From Candidatus Harrisonbacteria bacterium (GTDB lineage Bacteria > Patescibacteriota > Minisyncoccia > UBA6257 > UBA11618), in the NCBI GenBank assembly GCA_023244835.1, contig JAHFLN010000002.1:1-54748 (forward strand): DNA of 54,748 nt, in the 5' to 3' direction. Positions 25,876-35,346 of this stretch are shown here, piece after piece (position 1 is the stretch's first letter; each line of letters begins with the position of its first letter). The notes under the pieces are model-generated. The model searched no databases and had not been told where the DNA came from. It saw nothing but the letters and a program-made list of their open reading frames with translations. The position numbers and the translations under genes are program-made.

Positions 25876-26707
25876 TTTCATCGGGCTCGGCGGCGGACGT
25901 TCGGGAACGAATTGGCTCGCGGCATGTATCGACGAGCATCCGCACGCATCCGTTCCCGTCGGCGAAGTCCATTTTTTTAGTCGCGACCGCTTCGTGCGCG
26001 AGGGGTCCGGACAGTATGAGGCTATCTTCTCATCATGTCCTCATGGAGATCTCGTCGGCGAATGCTCTTCGTCGTATTGGGCGAGCGAAGAGGCTCCCGC
26101 ACGCATCGCTTCTCTCTATCCTGACGCGAAGCTTATTATATCGCTCCGCGACCCTATCGATCGGGCTTTTTCCCAGTATCGCAACGAATCTGGGTCAGGG
26201 CGCATTGCTTCCGACGCCTCATTCCTTTCCGCGTTCGCGGCCCGTCCCGAATATCGCGCCGGAAGTTCCCATGGGGTTAATCTGGAACGCTATCTCGCCT
26301 ATATTCCCGCCGATCGCATGCATATCATGATTTTCGAGGAGACGCATGCTGACCCGGAGCGCGCCTTACACGATCTTTTCCTTTTCTTAGGCCTCGATCC
26401 TGACGTTCCTATCCCTTCGGCATGCGTGCGTGTTAATGAGAGCGCTATTTCGCGATCGACGGCATTCGCGCGGGCGATCGCATGGGGGTCGGGTATATTG
26501 AAACGCCCCCGACTTATCGGCTTATGGCGATTCCTGCAGGCATCGGGGATCGCCTCATTTCTCAAGTCCCTTAATGCCTATCCCGAGGCTCCTGGATCCC
26601 GTTCGCCTTCCTCTTCCGATCGTGCCGCACTTCTGCCTATTTTTTTGTCTGATATAGGCCGCATAGAAACCTTTCTTGGTCGCTCCTTGCCTTCATGGCG
26701 CGCCTGA
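25853..26707 (+). CDS. PAPS-dependent sulfotransferase-family protein
   Basis: 5'-phosphosulfate loop GLGGGRSGTNWL and 3'-phosphate motif ISLRDPIDRAFSQYRN. Overlaps the phosphatase gene by 23 nt. Confidence 0.75.
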   Translation: MPSGRAPDFIGLGGGRSGTNWLAACIDEHPHASVPVGEVHFFSRDRFVREGSGQYEAIFSSCPHGDLVGECSSSYWASEEAPARIASLYPDAKLIISLRDPIDRAFSQYRNESGSGRIASDASFLSAFAARPEYRAGSSHGVNLERYLAYIPADRMHIMIFEETHADPERALHDLFLFLGLDPDVPIPSACVRVNESAISRSTAFARAIAWGSGILKRPRLIGLWRFLQASGIASFLKSLNAYPEAPGSRSPSSSDRAALLPIFLSDIGRIETFLGRSLPSWRA

Positions 26708-27738
26708 TCTTCATTACCCAGGCGTTCGATGAGGATGATCCTCTTTTGGCCGTCGCCGTTTCATGGGTACGCGCCCTTGCCGCGGAATCTCGCATATCGT
26801 CCGTCCATGTCGTCGCTTTGCGCGCGGGCCGATATCCCGCCATTCCCCACGTATCTGTTTCCCCTATCCGCGCGCGCACGAGGATCGGCACCATGATTCG
26901 CTTCTATCGCGACATTATTCCCCGTTTGCGAGGCACCGATGCTTTTTTTGTGCATATGGGAGGGCCGTATCCTTTATGGCTTTTGTCGTTCAAGCTCATG
27001 CTCGGCATCCCCGTCTATCAATGGAAGACCCATCGGCATGTCGGGCTTATGATGAAATTCTACGCGCGCTTCTGCGATACGAAGATCTTCACGGCAACTC
27101 CTCAGTCCTTTCCGTATCATCTTCCGAACATTCGCGTGCTCGGGCACGGCATCGATACAGGCTTTTTCACGATGGCTGACAGCGTTTCCGGACGCGGGCT
27201 TGCCATCATCGGCCGGATTTCTCCCGTCAAGCGCATCGAGATCGCGCTTGCGGCGCTTGCCGAGTGTCATAGGCGCGGGTCTACCCTCTCTCTCGACATG
27301 TACGGCCCCGTATTCGAGGGCGATCGCGGCTATCATGAAACTCTTTGCGCGGCCGTGCGACGGTTAGGTCTTTTAGACACTCTTGCCTGGCATGGGCCGG
27401 TTCCACAGCGCGATCTCCCTTCCCTTATCGGGAATCACCGGGTTGTCGTGAGCTGCAATGACGGAGGCCTCGATAAGGCCGTTCTTGAGGCATTTTCGTG
27501 CGGCGTTCCGGTTATCACTGACAATCCGTGCGTTGCCGAAATCCTCCCTCCTATTCTTCGCGCGCAGTGCATTGTTCCTCGGGGCGACGCGTCCGCATAC
27601 GCCTCCGCAATCATGGCGATCATGGCGATGGATGGCGTTGCGTACCGCGCTTTGGGGCAGGAATTGCGAGCTGTCGTTGTCGCCCGCCACTCCCTTGAAA
27701 GCCTCATGCGCGGCATGATGAAAGAAATGGCTTTATGA
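26695..27738 (+). CDS. GT-B (GT4-like) glycosyltransferase
   Basis: 347 aa with N-terminus MARLIFITQAFDEDDP and the C-terminal motif NDGGLDKAVLEAFSCGVPVITDN. Confidence 0.7.
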   Translation: MARLIFITQAFDEDDPLLAVAVSWVRALAAESRISSVHVVALRAGRYPAIPHVSVSPIRARTRIGTMIRFYRDIIPRLRGTDAFFVHMGGPYPLWLLSFKLMLGIPVYQWKTHRHVGLMMKFYARFCDTKIFTATPQSFPYHLPNIRVLGHGIDTGFFTMADSVSGRGLAIIGRISPVKRIEIALAALAECHRRGSTLSLDMYGPVFEGDRGYHETLCAAVRRLGLLDTLAWHGPVPQRDLPSLIGNHRVVVSCNDGGLDKAVLEAFSCGVPVITDNPCVAEILPPILRAQCIVPRGDASAYASAIMAIMAMDGVAYRALGQELRAVVVARHSLESLMRGMMKEMAL

Positions 27739-28460
27739 TAGGATTTTTCCCTCCCGATAAGCGGGTGATAGCCTTGCATGACATAGACAATGCCGGGCTT
27801 TTTGCCGAGAAGATGGTTTGGCTTGCGTCTCGGTACGAGATTCTGCCGCTCGACCGCCTTTTTCTCGTGCCGCAGGCGCGCCGGACGCAGGTCGCGATCA
27901 CGTTCGATGACGGTGACGCGACGCAGTACGAGCGTGCCGTTCCCATATTGCGTTCATTGCGCCTCCCTGCAACCTTTTTCCTCTGTTCGGGTTTTATCGG
28001 CCTCGTAGAAGACGAGGTTCGGGATTTTGTCTGCCGGCGGTTGCGGCGGACGCGCATACTTCGCCCTCTCACGGTTTTACAAGCTCGCGCTATGGCACAT
28101 GATCCTCTTTTTACGATTGGCAGCCATACTTCCCGCCACGCGGACCTAGGAGCTGTGCCGCCGCATGAGGCGATTGAGATTGCCATGGCAGACAAGCGTT
28201 CTTTGGAGGCCATGATCGGCACTTCCGTCCGTTGGTTCGCCTACCCTTTCGGCCGCCGTTCCAGTATTCCCAATCCGCCAATCGGTCGGGCCCTTCTTGC
28301 GGGAGGGTTTTCCGGCGCATGCACGATCATTCCCGGTCCGGCGGATGGCGACGACATGAGCGAGATACCCCGCTCATGCCTCGATATCCATTCCTCTTCC
28401 TTCAGGTGGCGCTTGTCTCTCGGCCGGACGTATGATTGGATGCGATATGTGCGGGATTAA
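27735..28460 (+). CDS. Polysaccharide deacetylase (NodB/CE4 domain)
   Basis: VAITFDDGDATQYERAVPILRSLRLPATFF and a later GSHTSRHADL. ATGA overlap with the upstream GT. Confidence 0.8.
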   Translation: MIGFFPPDKRVIALHDIDNAGLFAEKMVWLASRYEILPLDRLFLVPQARRTQVAITFDDGDATQYERAVPILRSLRLPATFFLCSGFIGLVEDEVRDFVCRRLRRTRILRPLTVLQARAMAHDPLFTIGSHTSRHADLGAVPPHEAIEIAMADKRSLEAMIGTSVRWFAYPFGRRSSIPNPPIGRALLAGGFSGACTIIPGPADGDDMSEIPRSCLDIHSSSFRWRLSLGRTYDWMRYVRD

Positions 28461-30270
28461 CGGATTCACATTCGAGGACGAGCGGCTTATCCGGGGAATG
28501 AATGCCGCAACGGCCCATCGCGGCCCCGACGGCGCTGATTTCCATGTCGGTTTGGGCATTTCGCTTGGGCAGAATCGCCTGAGTATCTCCGATACCGATT
28601 CCGCCGCCCGTCAACCGCTTTGGAGCCATGATCGCCGGCATATCATCGTCTTCAACGGGGAGATTTACAATCATATCGCATTGCGTTCCGAGCTTTCCGG
28701 ATTTCCGTTCAGGACGATGAGCGATACCGAAACGATTCTCGCGGCCTATGGACGATGGGGGGCGCGTTGCGTCGAGCGTTTCGATGGCATGTTTTCCTTC
28801 GCGATATGGACTCCCGAACGAGACGAGCTTTTTCTCGCGCGCGATCCCCAGGGAGTGAAGCCCTTATATTACCGTCATGAGAATGGCCAATTCTTTTTCT
28901 CTTCCGAGATGAAGGGGCTTTTGGCAGACGGATCGAAATACCCTCTCTCTCTTGCCGCATTCTCGCTTTATATGCGTTCAGGATACGTCCCCGGGCCGTT
29001 TACGATGTTCTCCGGCGTCTTGAAGTTCCCCCCCGGCCATCGCGGTTGTTTTTCCCAGGGCATGCTGCGTATCGAGCCATATACGCCCCTTGTCGATCAT
29101 AGCCGTTTCTCCCGCGTCCCTTATGGAAGCCGTAGCGCGGCCCGCGAAGGAATCCGGGAGGCGATTTCCGAATCCGTTACCCAACAGCTCGTCGCTCGGC
29201 GTCCATTGGGCATTTATCTTTCCGGCGGTCTCGATTCGAGCGTCATCCTCGATTGCGCTTTCCGCGCCTCTTCCTCCCCCCTTTCGACTTTTTCCGCCGG
29301 CTTCGACCTTCATGACGGCGAGGAGGGAATGAAATTCAATGCCGATTTTTTTCTTGCCCGGAGGATCGCGGCGCATTATGGCACGCGCCACCATGAATCG
29401 CTCGTGGCCGGTTTCGATATCATCCCCCTCTTAGAGCTCGCATCATTCCATCTCGATGAGCCGATCGCGAATCCTACCGCGATCGCGATGATGAAGCTGG
29501 CCCGAGATGCCTCTTCCGACATCCGCGTCATCCTTTCGGGGGATGGCGGTGATGAGCTCTTCGGCGGATACAAACGATATCGCTTGAGCCGGCGGATGGA
29601 CCTTTTACGCCTCCTTCCTCGCTTTCTTCAGCCTTCCATTATCCGCGAGACCGAGCCGTTTCTCGACCGTTTTGGCCTCTTCATGTGGGAAAAGGATGCT
29701 CGTCTTGCATCTGTCCTTACAGACGATTTTCTGACCGACGAGCACAGGCGCCTTTTCGGGGTATTATGGGAGCGCGCTCGCGGCTCCTTATTCGAATCTG
29801 CTTTCATGGATATAGATCGAGAGACTTGGCTCGTCGACGAATCCCTCCTTCGGACGGACAGAACGACGATGGCATACGGGATCGAGGCCCGCGTTCCCTT
29901 CCTTTCCGCTTCTGTCATCGCCGTTTCCCGACGAACCCCCCTTTCTTATAAGGTTGATATTTTCACAACCAAGAGCATCATGCGCGGCGCGTTTCGCGGA
30001 CGCGTGCCTGATTACGTTCTCAATCAGCCGAAGCGCGGCTGGATTTCTCCGGGGGCGAAATGGCTGCGTCGGCCGGGATTGCATGCTTATGCGAATGAGC
30101 TTTTTTCCGCGTCGTATTGTCCGGCAACGGCCCATCTCTTCAAGTGGGACGCCGTCCGAACGCTTCTCGATCGCCATGTCTCCCGCGATGAATACGCTTT
30201 GCAGATCCTCTGGAAGATACTTTCATTCCAGGCATGGGCGCACGCATTCGAAAAGAATATTTTCGTATGA
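28447..30270 (+). CDS. Asparagine synthase (glutamine-hydrolysing) family amidotransferase (AsnB/WbpS-like)
   Basis: Ntn start MCGINGF, GPDG, FNGEIYNH, and PP-loop SGGLDSS. Start trimmed to the ATG at 28447. Confidence 0.85.
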   Translation: MCGINGFTFEDERLIRGMNAATAHRGPDGADFHVGLGISLGQNRLSISDTDSAARQPLWSHDRRHIIVFNGEIYNHIALRSELSGFPFRTMSDTETILAAYGRWGARCVERFDGMFSFAIWTPERDELFLARDPQGVKPLYYRHENGQFFFSSEMKGLLADGSKYPLSLAAFSLYMRSGYVPGPFTMFSGVLKFPPGHRGCFSQGMLRIEPYTPLVDHSRFSRVPYGSRSAAREGIREAISESVTQQLVARRPLGIYLSGGLDSSVILDCAFRASSSPLSTFSAGFDLHDGEEGMKFNADFFLARRIAAHYGTRHHESLVAGFDIIPLLELASFHLDEPIANPTAIAMMKLARDASSDIRVILSGDGGDELFGGYKRYRLSRRMDLLRLLPRFLQPSIIRETEPFLDRFGLFMWEKDARLASVLTDDFLTDEHRRLFGVLWERARGSLFESAFMDIDRETWLVDESLLRTDRTTMAYGIEARVPFLSASVIAVSRRTPLSYKVDIFTTKSIMRGAFRGRVPDYVLNQPKRGWISPGAKWLRRPGLHAYANELFSASYCPATAHLFKWDAVRTLLDRHVSRDEYALQILWKILSFQAWAHAFEKNIFV

Positions 30271-31466
30271 CCAGGCGCCTTTTTTACATCGCGCCCGCGC
30301 GCATGCCTACCGACAAGGCCCACGGCTATCAGATCGCGAAGATGTGCGAGGCTTGGAGCGCGTGCGGCATCGAGGTTCATCTTGTCGTGCCGCGAAGGAA
30401 TAACCTTATAGATCGCGATCTATTCGAATACTACGGCATTCCGCGCACGTTCACTGTCCATTACGTACACGTCACCGATGCCTTCCAAAATAGCATCGTC
30501 CGTCGATTCCACCTTTCTCTTCTCGCATATGCCATTCTCATGCAAGGATTCCTTTCGGCGCTCCGAAAATTCGTCACCGTTCATATGCATGAGGGCGATA
30601 TCCTCTATACCCGCGCATGGGAAGTCGCATGGCTTTTCCGCGCCCGTCGGAATCTTATATGGGAGGTGCACGAAATTACGCGTCTCCAGCGTCTCACTCC
30701 GAGACTATACGCTCGTGTAGCCGGTATCGTTGTTCTTACGAGCTCTCTTAGGGATATCGTCCTTGCGTACGGGGTTCCTCCCGGCAGGATCCTTGTCGCT
30801 CCCGATGCTGTCGATATGCGTCTTTTTTTAGACCCCTCTTCAGTCTCTGAAGCGCGGCGGCGTTTAGGCATTTTTTCGGATCATATCGCGATCGGCTATG
30901 TCGGCCGGCTTTCTTTGCATGGAAAAAAGGAAAAGGGCGTTTCCGACCTACTCGCGGCTTTTGCTTTGCTGCGATCATGGCGACGCGACATCGTGCTTGT
31001 TATCGTGGGGGGGCCGCCTTCCGCTCTCGCGCGATATCAGGCCCTTGCTCGGGCATTAGGCGTTTTTGATTCCGTCGTATTTGCAGGGCATGTTCCTCGT
31101 GCCGATGTTCCCCTATGGATCATGGCATGCGATATTCTTGCCATTCCTTTACCAAAAACGCCCTTTTCTTCATGGTATACATCACCTCTCAAGCTTTTTG
31201 AATATATGGCATCGGGGAGACCGATCATTGCCTCCGATCTTCCTTCCTTGCGGGATATATTAGACGAGCGCACCGCTATTTTCGCGCCTGCGAGCGATCC
31301 TTCCGGACTCGCTCATGTCTCTATGCGACTTATTCTTGATCCATTGCTCCGTGAAAGGCTTGGTAGGGCAGCGCGAAATGCCGTTCTGCGTCATACGTGG
31401 GATGCCCGTGCCATAGCAATTTCTCATTTCATGGCGCGCATGATGATTCCTAATTCATCTATATGA
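30267..31466 (+). CDS. GT4-family glycosyltransferase
   Basis: Starts MTRRLFYIAPARMPTDKAHGYQI (ATGA overlap). The C-terminal half has the GT-B motif SPLKLFEYMASGRPIIASDLPSLRDIL. Confidence 0.8.
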   Translation: MTRRLFYIAPARMPTDKAHGYQIAKMCEAWSACGIEVHLVVPRRNNLIDRDLFEYYGIPRTFTVHYVHVTDAFQNSIVRRFHLSLLAYAILMQGFLSALRKFVTVHMHEGDILYTRAWEVAWLFRARRNLIWEVHEITRLQRLTPRLYARVAGIVVLTSSLRDIVLAYGVPPGRILVAPDAVDMRLFLDPSSVSEARRRLGIFSDHIAIGYVGRLSLHGKKEKGVSDLLAAFALLRSWRRDIVLVIVGGPPSALARYQALARALGVFDSVVFAGHVPRADVPLWIMACDILAIPLPKTPFSSWYTSPLKLFEYMASGRPIIASDLPSLRDILDERTAIFAPASDPSGLAHVSMRLILDPLLRERLGRAARNAVLRHTWDARAIAISHFMARMMIPNSSI

Positions 31467-32575
31467 TCGTTCTTATCAGCATTTCCGTTGATCCCGTGAA
31501 CGGTTGGGGAACGCTCACCCATAACTATGTTCGTGCCCTATGGGAACGACGCACCCCTTTCGTGCTTCTTTTGCCGAAAAGCGCCCGGATTCCCAACGTT
31601 CCTTTTATTTCGTGCATCAAGCCCGTCTTACCCGACCTTCCGCTTGCATTCGGTGGACCTGCGGCGCTTTTCGCCGCTTTGCGGTTATGGCGTCCCGCGT
31701 CATATACCCCTCCTCCCCATTCCTTGGTTCATTCGCTTGTCGATTTTCCTTATGCCGTTCTTGCCTATCGTTTCGCCCGTTCCTACGGACTGCCGTTCGT
31801 CATGAACGCGATAGGGACGTATTCCGTCGCGCCGTTCCACCGCTTTCCCGACAAGCATTTCTTCATATCTGCCTATCTCCGTGCCGATCGGATAGTGGCG
31901 ATCAGCGAATATACCAAAAGGCGCATGATGTCCGCCGCAGGATACGAACGTCCTATCGATGTCATATATCTTCCCGTTGAACGCCCCGTTCCCGAGGGTC
32001 GGGAGGACTTCTCGATTCTCGAGAAGATTCCGCGAGGCAAGCGCTATATTCTCACCGTCAGCTCTCCCCGCATCGGCGGCCGGAAGGGATTCGATGTCGT
32101 CCGCGCGGCATGCTCGGCCATCCTTCCTGACTTTCCCGATATCCATCTCATTGCCGTGGGGGGCGTTCCGGCCTCGGCTTCGGACCACACCGTCTTTTCT
32201 CGCGTATCTTCTGCGGAGCTCGGCGCTCTTTATTCGCGATGCACCGCCTTTCTCGCCGCGCCCCGATCCTTCGGGGATCATTTCGAGGGATACGGACTCG
32301 TGTATCGCGAGGCTGGGCTCTATGGCAAGCCTGTCATAGGAACCGCTTCCGGCGGCGTTCCCGAGGCGATAGACGACGGCGTTACCGGATCGCTCGTTCC
32401 CGAGAATGACGCGCCGGCCATGGCCCGCGCCTTGCGCCGTATCCTTTCCGACGCGCCGTTTGCTGCAAAGCTCGGGGATGCCGGCCGCGCGCAGGCCTCC
32501 GCATGGACGTGGGGGAACTATGCGGATCGATTACTTGTCCTTTACGAGGATCTTTCTATGAAGATTGGCTATTAG
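31463..32575 (+). CDS. GT4-family glycosyltransferase
   Basis: FEGYGLVYREAGLYGKPVIGTASGGVPEAIDDGVTG. ATGA overlap with the upstream gene. Confidence 0.8.
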   Translation: MIVLISISVDPVNGWGTLTHNYVRALWERRTPFVLLLPKSARIPNVPFISCIKPVLPDLPLAFGGPAALFAALRLWRPASYTPPPHSLVHSLVDFPYAVLAYRFARSYGLPFVMNAIGTYSVAPFHRFPDKHFFISAYLRADRIVAISEYTKRRMMSAAGYERPIDVIYLPVERPVPEGREDFSILEKIPRGKRYILTVSSPRIGGRKGFDVVRAACSAILPDFPDIHLIAVGGVPASASDHTVFSRVSSAELGALYSRCTAFLAAPRSFGDHFEGYGLVYREAGLYGKPVIGTASGGVPEAIDDGVTGSLVPENDAPAMARALRRILSDAPFAAKLGDAGRAQASAWTWGNYADRLLVLYEDLSMKIGY

Positions 32576-33228
32576 GTTTTTTGGTCCGCATGGTCCGGCT
32601 TCGTCGCCGATATCAAAAGGCTCGTGCCTAATCCCTTTCGTATGACCGAAGGAAGATAACGGGTATAAGAAGCGTCTTTTTCCGAAAGTTTTTTTATACG
32701 GAAGCCTCCTTTTTCCACCAAAGAAATGAACGAGGCCGGCGTAAAAAGGAATTGGTGCGTAGGATCCCCTAGATCTTCTTTTCTCAAAAAAAGGAATATG
32801 AAAATCTTTCTCCAATGATAGGCATTCGGCGTATCGATAATCAGGATGCCGTCCGTTTTCAATACCCTTGATATTTCCCGTAACGCATATCCCGGGTTTC
32901 TCAGATGCTCGATTACCTGTCCCATGTATACCGTATCGAAAAAACCATCATTATATGGCAGCCCATCTTCAATATTTCCTTTTTTCTGATGCGGATACAG
33001 CATCGCGCATCGTTCAGGCGGGTCATACAGGTCGAATCCATACAGGGTGCTTCCGGGATTTAGTTTTTCCGACAGGGCGAGGTAAAATGAGTTCGAAGCA
33101 CCCTCCCCTCCTATCCCTCCTATATTTCCTATATCCAGGATATTTCCCGCTTTGAATTGAGATAGGAAAAACGCCTGTCTTCCGCATACTGATCCGGAAA
33201 ACATATCATATATGCCTCGTATTCGCAT
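32572..33228 (-). CDS. Class I SAM-dependent methyltransferase
   Basis: ILDIGNIGGIGGEG, FFDTVYMGQVIEHLRNP and LKTDGILIIDTPN. It is convergent with the GT4 gene, and the stop codons overlap. Confidence 0.75.
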   Translation of the reverse strand: MRIRGIYDMFSGSVCGRQAFFLSQFKAGNILDIGNIGGIGGEGASNSFYLALSEKLNPGSTLYGFDLYDPPERCAMLYPHQKKGNIEDGLPYNDGFFDTVYMGQVIEHLRNPGYALREISRVLKTDGILIIDTPNAYHWRKIFIFLFLRKEDLGDPTHQFLFTPASFISLVEKGGFRIKKLSEKDASYTRYLPSVIRKGLGTSLLISATKPDHADQKT

Positions 33229-33244
33229 GATGGCATTCTAAGCC

Positions 33245-34609
33245 ATGGAATGTATAAAACCAATCTTAAACCGCCTCTCCGAATTACAATCGGTCAATCG
33301 TCGTATTCAGGAGGACGCCGTCTTGCGCGGTAGTTTGGAGTATCATGGCATTTCACTATGGTCTTGCGAGCAGCAGCTCTTATGGGAGCAGACGGGTCGC
33401 GCGTCGGTAAAAAAAAGAATAGGCTCGACGGCCGCTCTTTTTTGCGCGCGCTGTGTCGCATGCGTTTCTTTAACCTGGCTTATCATTCGTATGCGCGTTT
33501 CGAAATCCCGTATTTTCATATACGGAATCGATCTCGTCGATTCTCCCTATGCGGGCGATGCGCGCATCGCCCGCATCTATCGGTTCTTGCACGAACGGAA
33601 AATCGGTTATGGGGAGATATTACATACCACGTTCAGCCGTTCTTTTTTCGCCAATTTCCTGCGGCGCAGGCGGGCGGCATTTTATCTCGGCATTGCTTAT
33701 GCCAGTAGTACCGGCCGGGCGTCCCGACCGGAATTCGATCGTCTCGTTTCCGATCGCCTGAATGTCGCCGCATCCCGTCCCCGGTCGATCGCTTTCATAC
33801 GGCGCGTGCTCTGGCTTACCGGTGCGCGGACTATTTTAGCGATCGATGATACCCGTTATTATTATCCGCTCATGATCGCCGCCCGCGAATGCGGTATTCC
33901 CTTTTATGCCTTCCAGCACGGCCGCTTCAATCCTTTCATGCCCGGCTGGGCGCAGTACGGCATTGATCCCGCTGCGTGCCCATTTCCCGATGCGGTATTC
34001 GTCTGGAGCGAGTATTGGCGGTTCGCTCTCATGCGCATAAGTCCTCCTGCGGCGCTGCATGCGGACCGCATACGCATAAGCGGGAAGCCGTCCATCGGAA
34101 CGGATACGGATGCACTGCTCGCTCCTCCTATCGATGACGGCGTCATGTCTTTTCTCATTCCCCATGAAGATATCCTTCCTGAAGCAGAAATCCTCGATTT
34201 CATAGCTCGCATCCTCGCTATGCCGGATACCCGCGTCATATACAAGCTGCGGCGCGGAAGGCCCACGCCATCATTTATCCGGCATTTCAAATCCGCTTCC
34301 CGTTTCGAATGCCGTTTTGATATTTCTCCGGACGACTGGTCGCGCGTCGACGCCGTCTTAGGAGCATATTCAACCTTTTTATACGAGGCGGCTGCGTGCG
34401 GGCGGCCCGTAGGCGTCCTTGAGACAAGCGTCACGCAGGCTTCGGATCTGGTTCTCGGAGGCTTTGCGGAGGCGGTATGCCTATCTACCCTTTCCTCGGA
34501 TGCGTCCCGTGTCGCGCGGACTCCATGGGGCGTCGTGTGCGCCCGCCGGGAGGCTTTCCGATGCCAGGCATCCTTTAACGATGCCCTTTCTGCTATCATG
34601 CCTACATGA
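33245..34609 (+). CDS. Hypothetical membrane-anchored protein, possible GT-B-type glycosyltransferase
   Basis: 454 aa with one TM helix (AALFCARCVACVSLTWLII). The C-terminal two thirds have an alternating alpha/beta pattern (ILAIDDTRYYYPLMIAARECGIPFYAFQHGRF...GAYSTFLYEAAACGRPVGVL). ATGA overlap with kdsB. I recognise no family signature. Confidence 0.5.
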   Translation: MECIKPILNRLSELQSVNRRIQEDAVLRGSLEYHGISLWSCEQQLLWEQTGRASVKKRIGSTAALFCARCVACVSLTWLIIRMRVSKSRIFIYGIDLVDSPYAGDARIARIYRFLHERKIGYGEILHTTFSRSFFANFLRRRRAAFYLGIAYASSTGRASRPEFDRLVSDRLNVAASRPRSIAFIRRVLWLTGARTILAIDDTRYYYPLMIAARECGIPFYAFQHGRFNPFMPGWAQYGIDPAACPFPDAVFVWSEYWRFALMRISPPAALHADRIRISGKPSIGTDTDALLAPPIDDGVMSFLIPHEDILPEAEILDFIARILAMPDTRVIYKLRRGRPTPSFIRHFKSASRFECRFDISPDDWSRVDAVLGAYSTFLYEAAACGRPVGVLETSVTQASDLVLGGFAEAVCLSTLSSDASRVARTPWGVVCARREAFRCQASFNDALSAIMPT

Positions 34610-35346
34610 AAAAAGTCTTAGGCGTAATTCCGGCCCGGCTTCGCTCCACTCGTCTTCTTGAAAAGCTCCTCCTTCCTATCGATGGGAAACCGCTTTTGTA
34701 TTATACGTGGCGACAGGCACGGCAAGCCTCCCAATTGGATCGCATATTGATAGCCACCGATTCGAGGGAGATATACCGTGCCGTGAAGGCGTTTGGCGCG
34801 GAGCCGGTCATGACGAGTTCCGCCTGTCTGACCGGCAGCGACCGCGTTGCCGAGGCGGCGCGCGCATTCAACGGCTTCATTCCGGACATCGTCGTGAATA
34901 TCCAGGGAGATGAGCCGCTCATGCCTCCTCGGGCAATTGATGCCTGCGTCGCGTCCCTTCTGGCCAACCCCGATGTTTCCATGGCCACGGTCGCATCTCC
35001 CCTTTCTTTTGAGGAGTCACGCAAGGATTCCATCGTCAAGGTCGTGTGCGATACTCGCGGCCGCGCATTGTATTTTTCCCGCTCGCGCATTCCCCATCCT
35101 CGCGTCCCGTACAGCGCTTATCTCCGCCATATCGGCCTTTATGCATTCCGCTTGCCGTTCCTTTTCGATTATATCCGACTACCTCAGACTTCTTTGGAAA
35201 TCGCCGAGAGCCTCGAACAGTTGCGCGTTTTGGAGCATGGACATGCGATTCAAGTCGCGGCAGGAGATTTTCCGAATATCGGCGTCGATACTCTATCCGA
35301 TTTCCGCCGCGTCAAAAAGATGATTATGATTGGAAATAGGGCATGA
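34606..35346 (+). CDS. kdsB: 3-deoxy-manno-octulosonate cytidylyltransferase (CMP-Kdo synthetase)
   Basis: It matches E. coli KdsB motifs one for one: VIPARLRSTRLLEK, TGSDRVAEAA, VNIQGDEPLMPP, ALYFSRSRIP, RHIGLYAFR, LEQLRVLEHGHAIQVA, GVDTLSDFRRV. Confidence 0.9.
   Translation: MKKVLGVIPARLRSTRLLEKLLLPIDGKPLLYYTWRQARQASQLDRILIATDSREIYRAVKAFGAEPVMTSSACLTGSDRVAEAARAFNGFIPDIVVNIQGDEPLMPPRAIDACVASLLANPDVSMATVASPLSFEESRKDSIVKVVCDTRGRALYFSRSRIPHPRVPYSAYLRHIGLYAFRLPFLFDYIRLPQTSLEIAESLEQLRVLEHGHAIQVAAGDFPNIGVDTLSDFRRVKKMIMIGNRA

Noticed and set aside
27487-27512. Partial similarity (gaggcattttcgtgcggcgttccgg) to the right end and centre of the MITE-like element
   Set aside because: It is only an 11-nt plus 7-nt match, inside a conserved GT motif-coding region (LEAFSCGVPVI). 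It is most likely coincidental and has no inverted partner.
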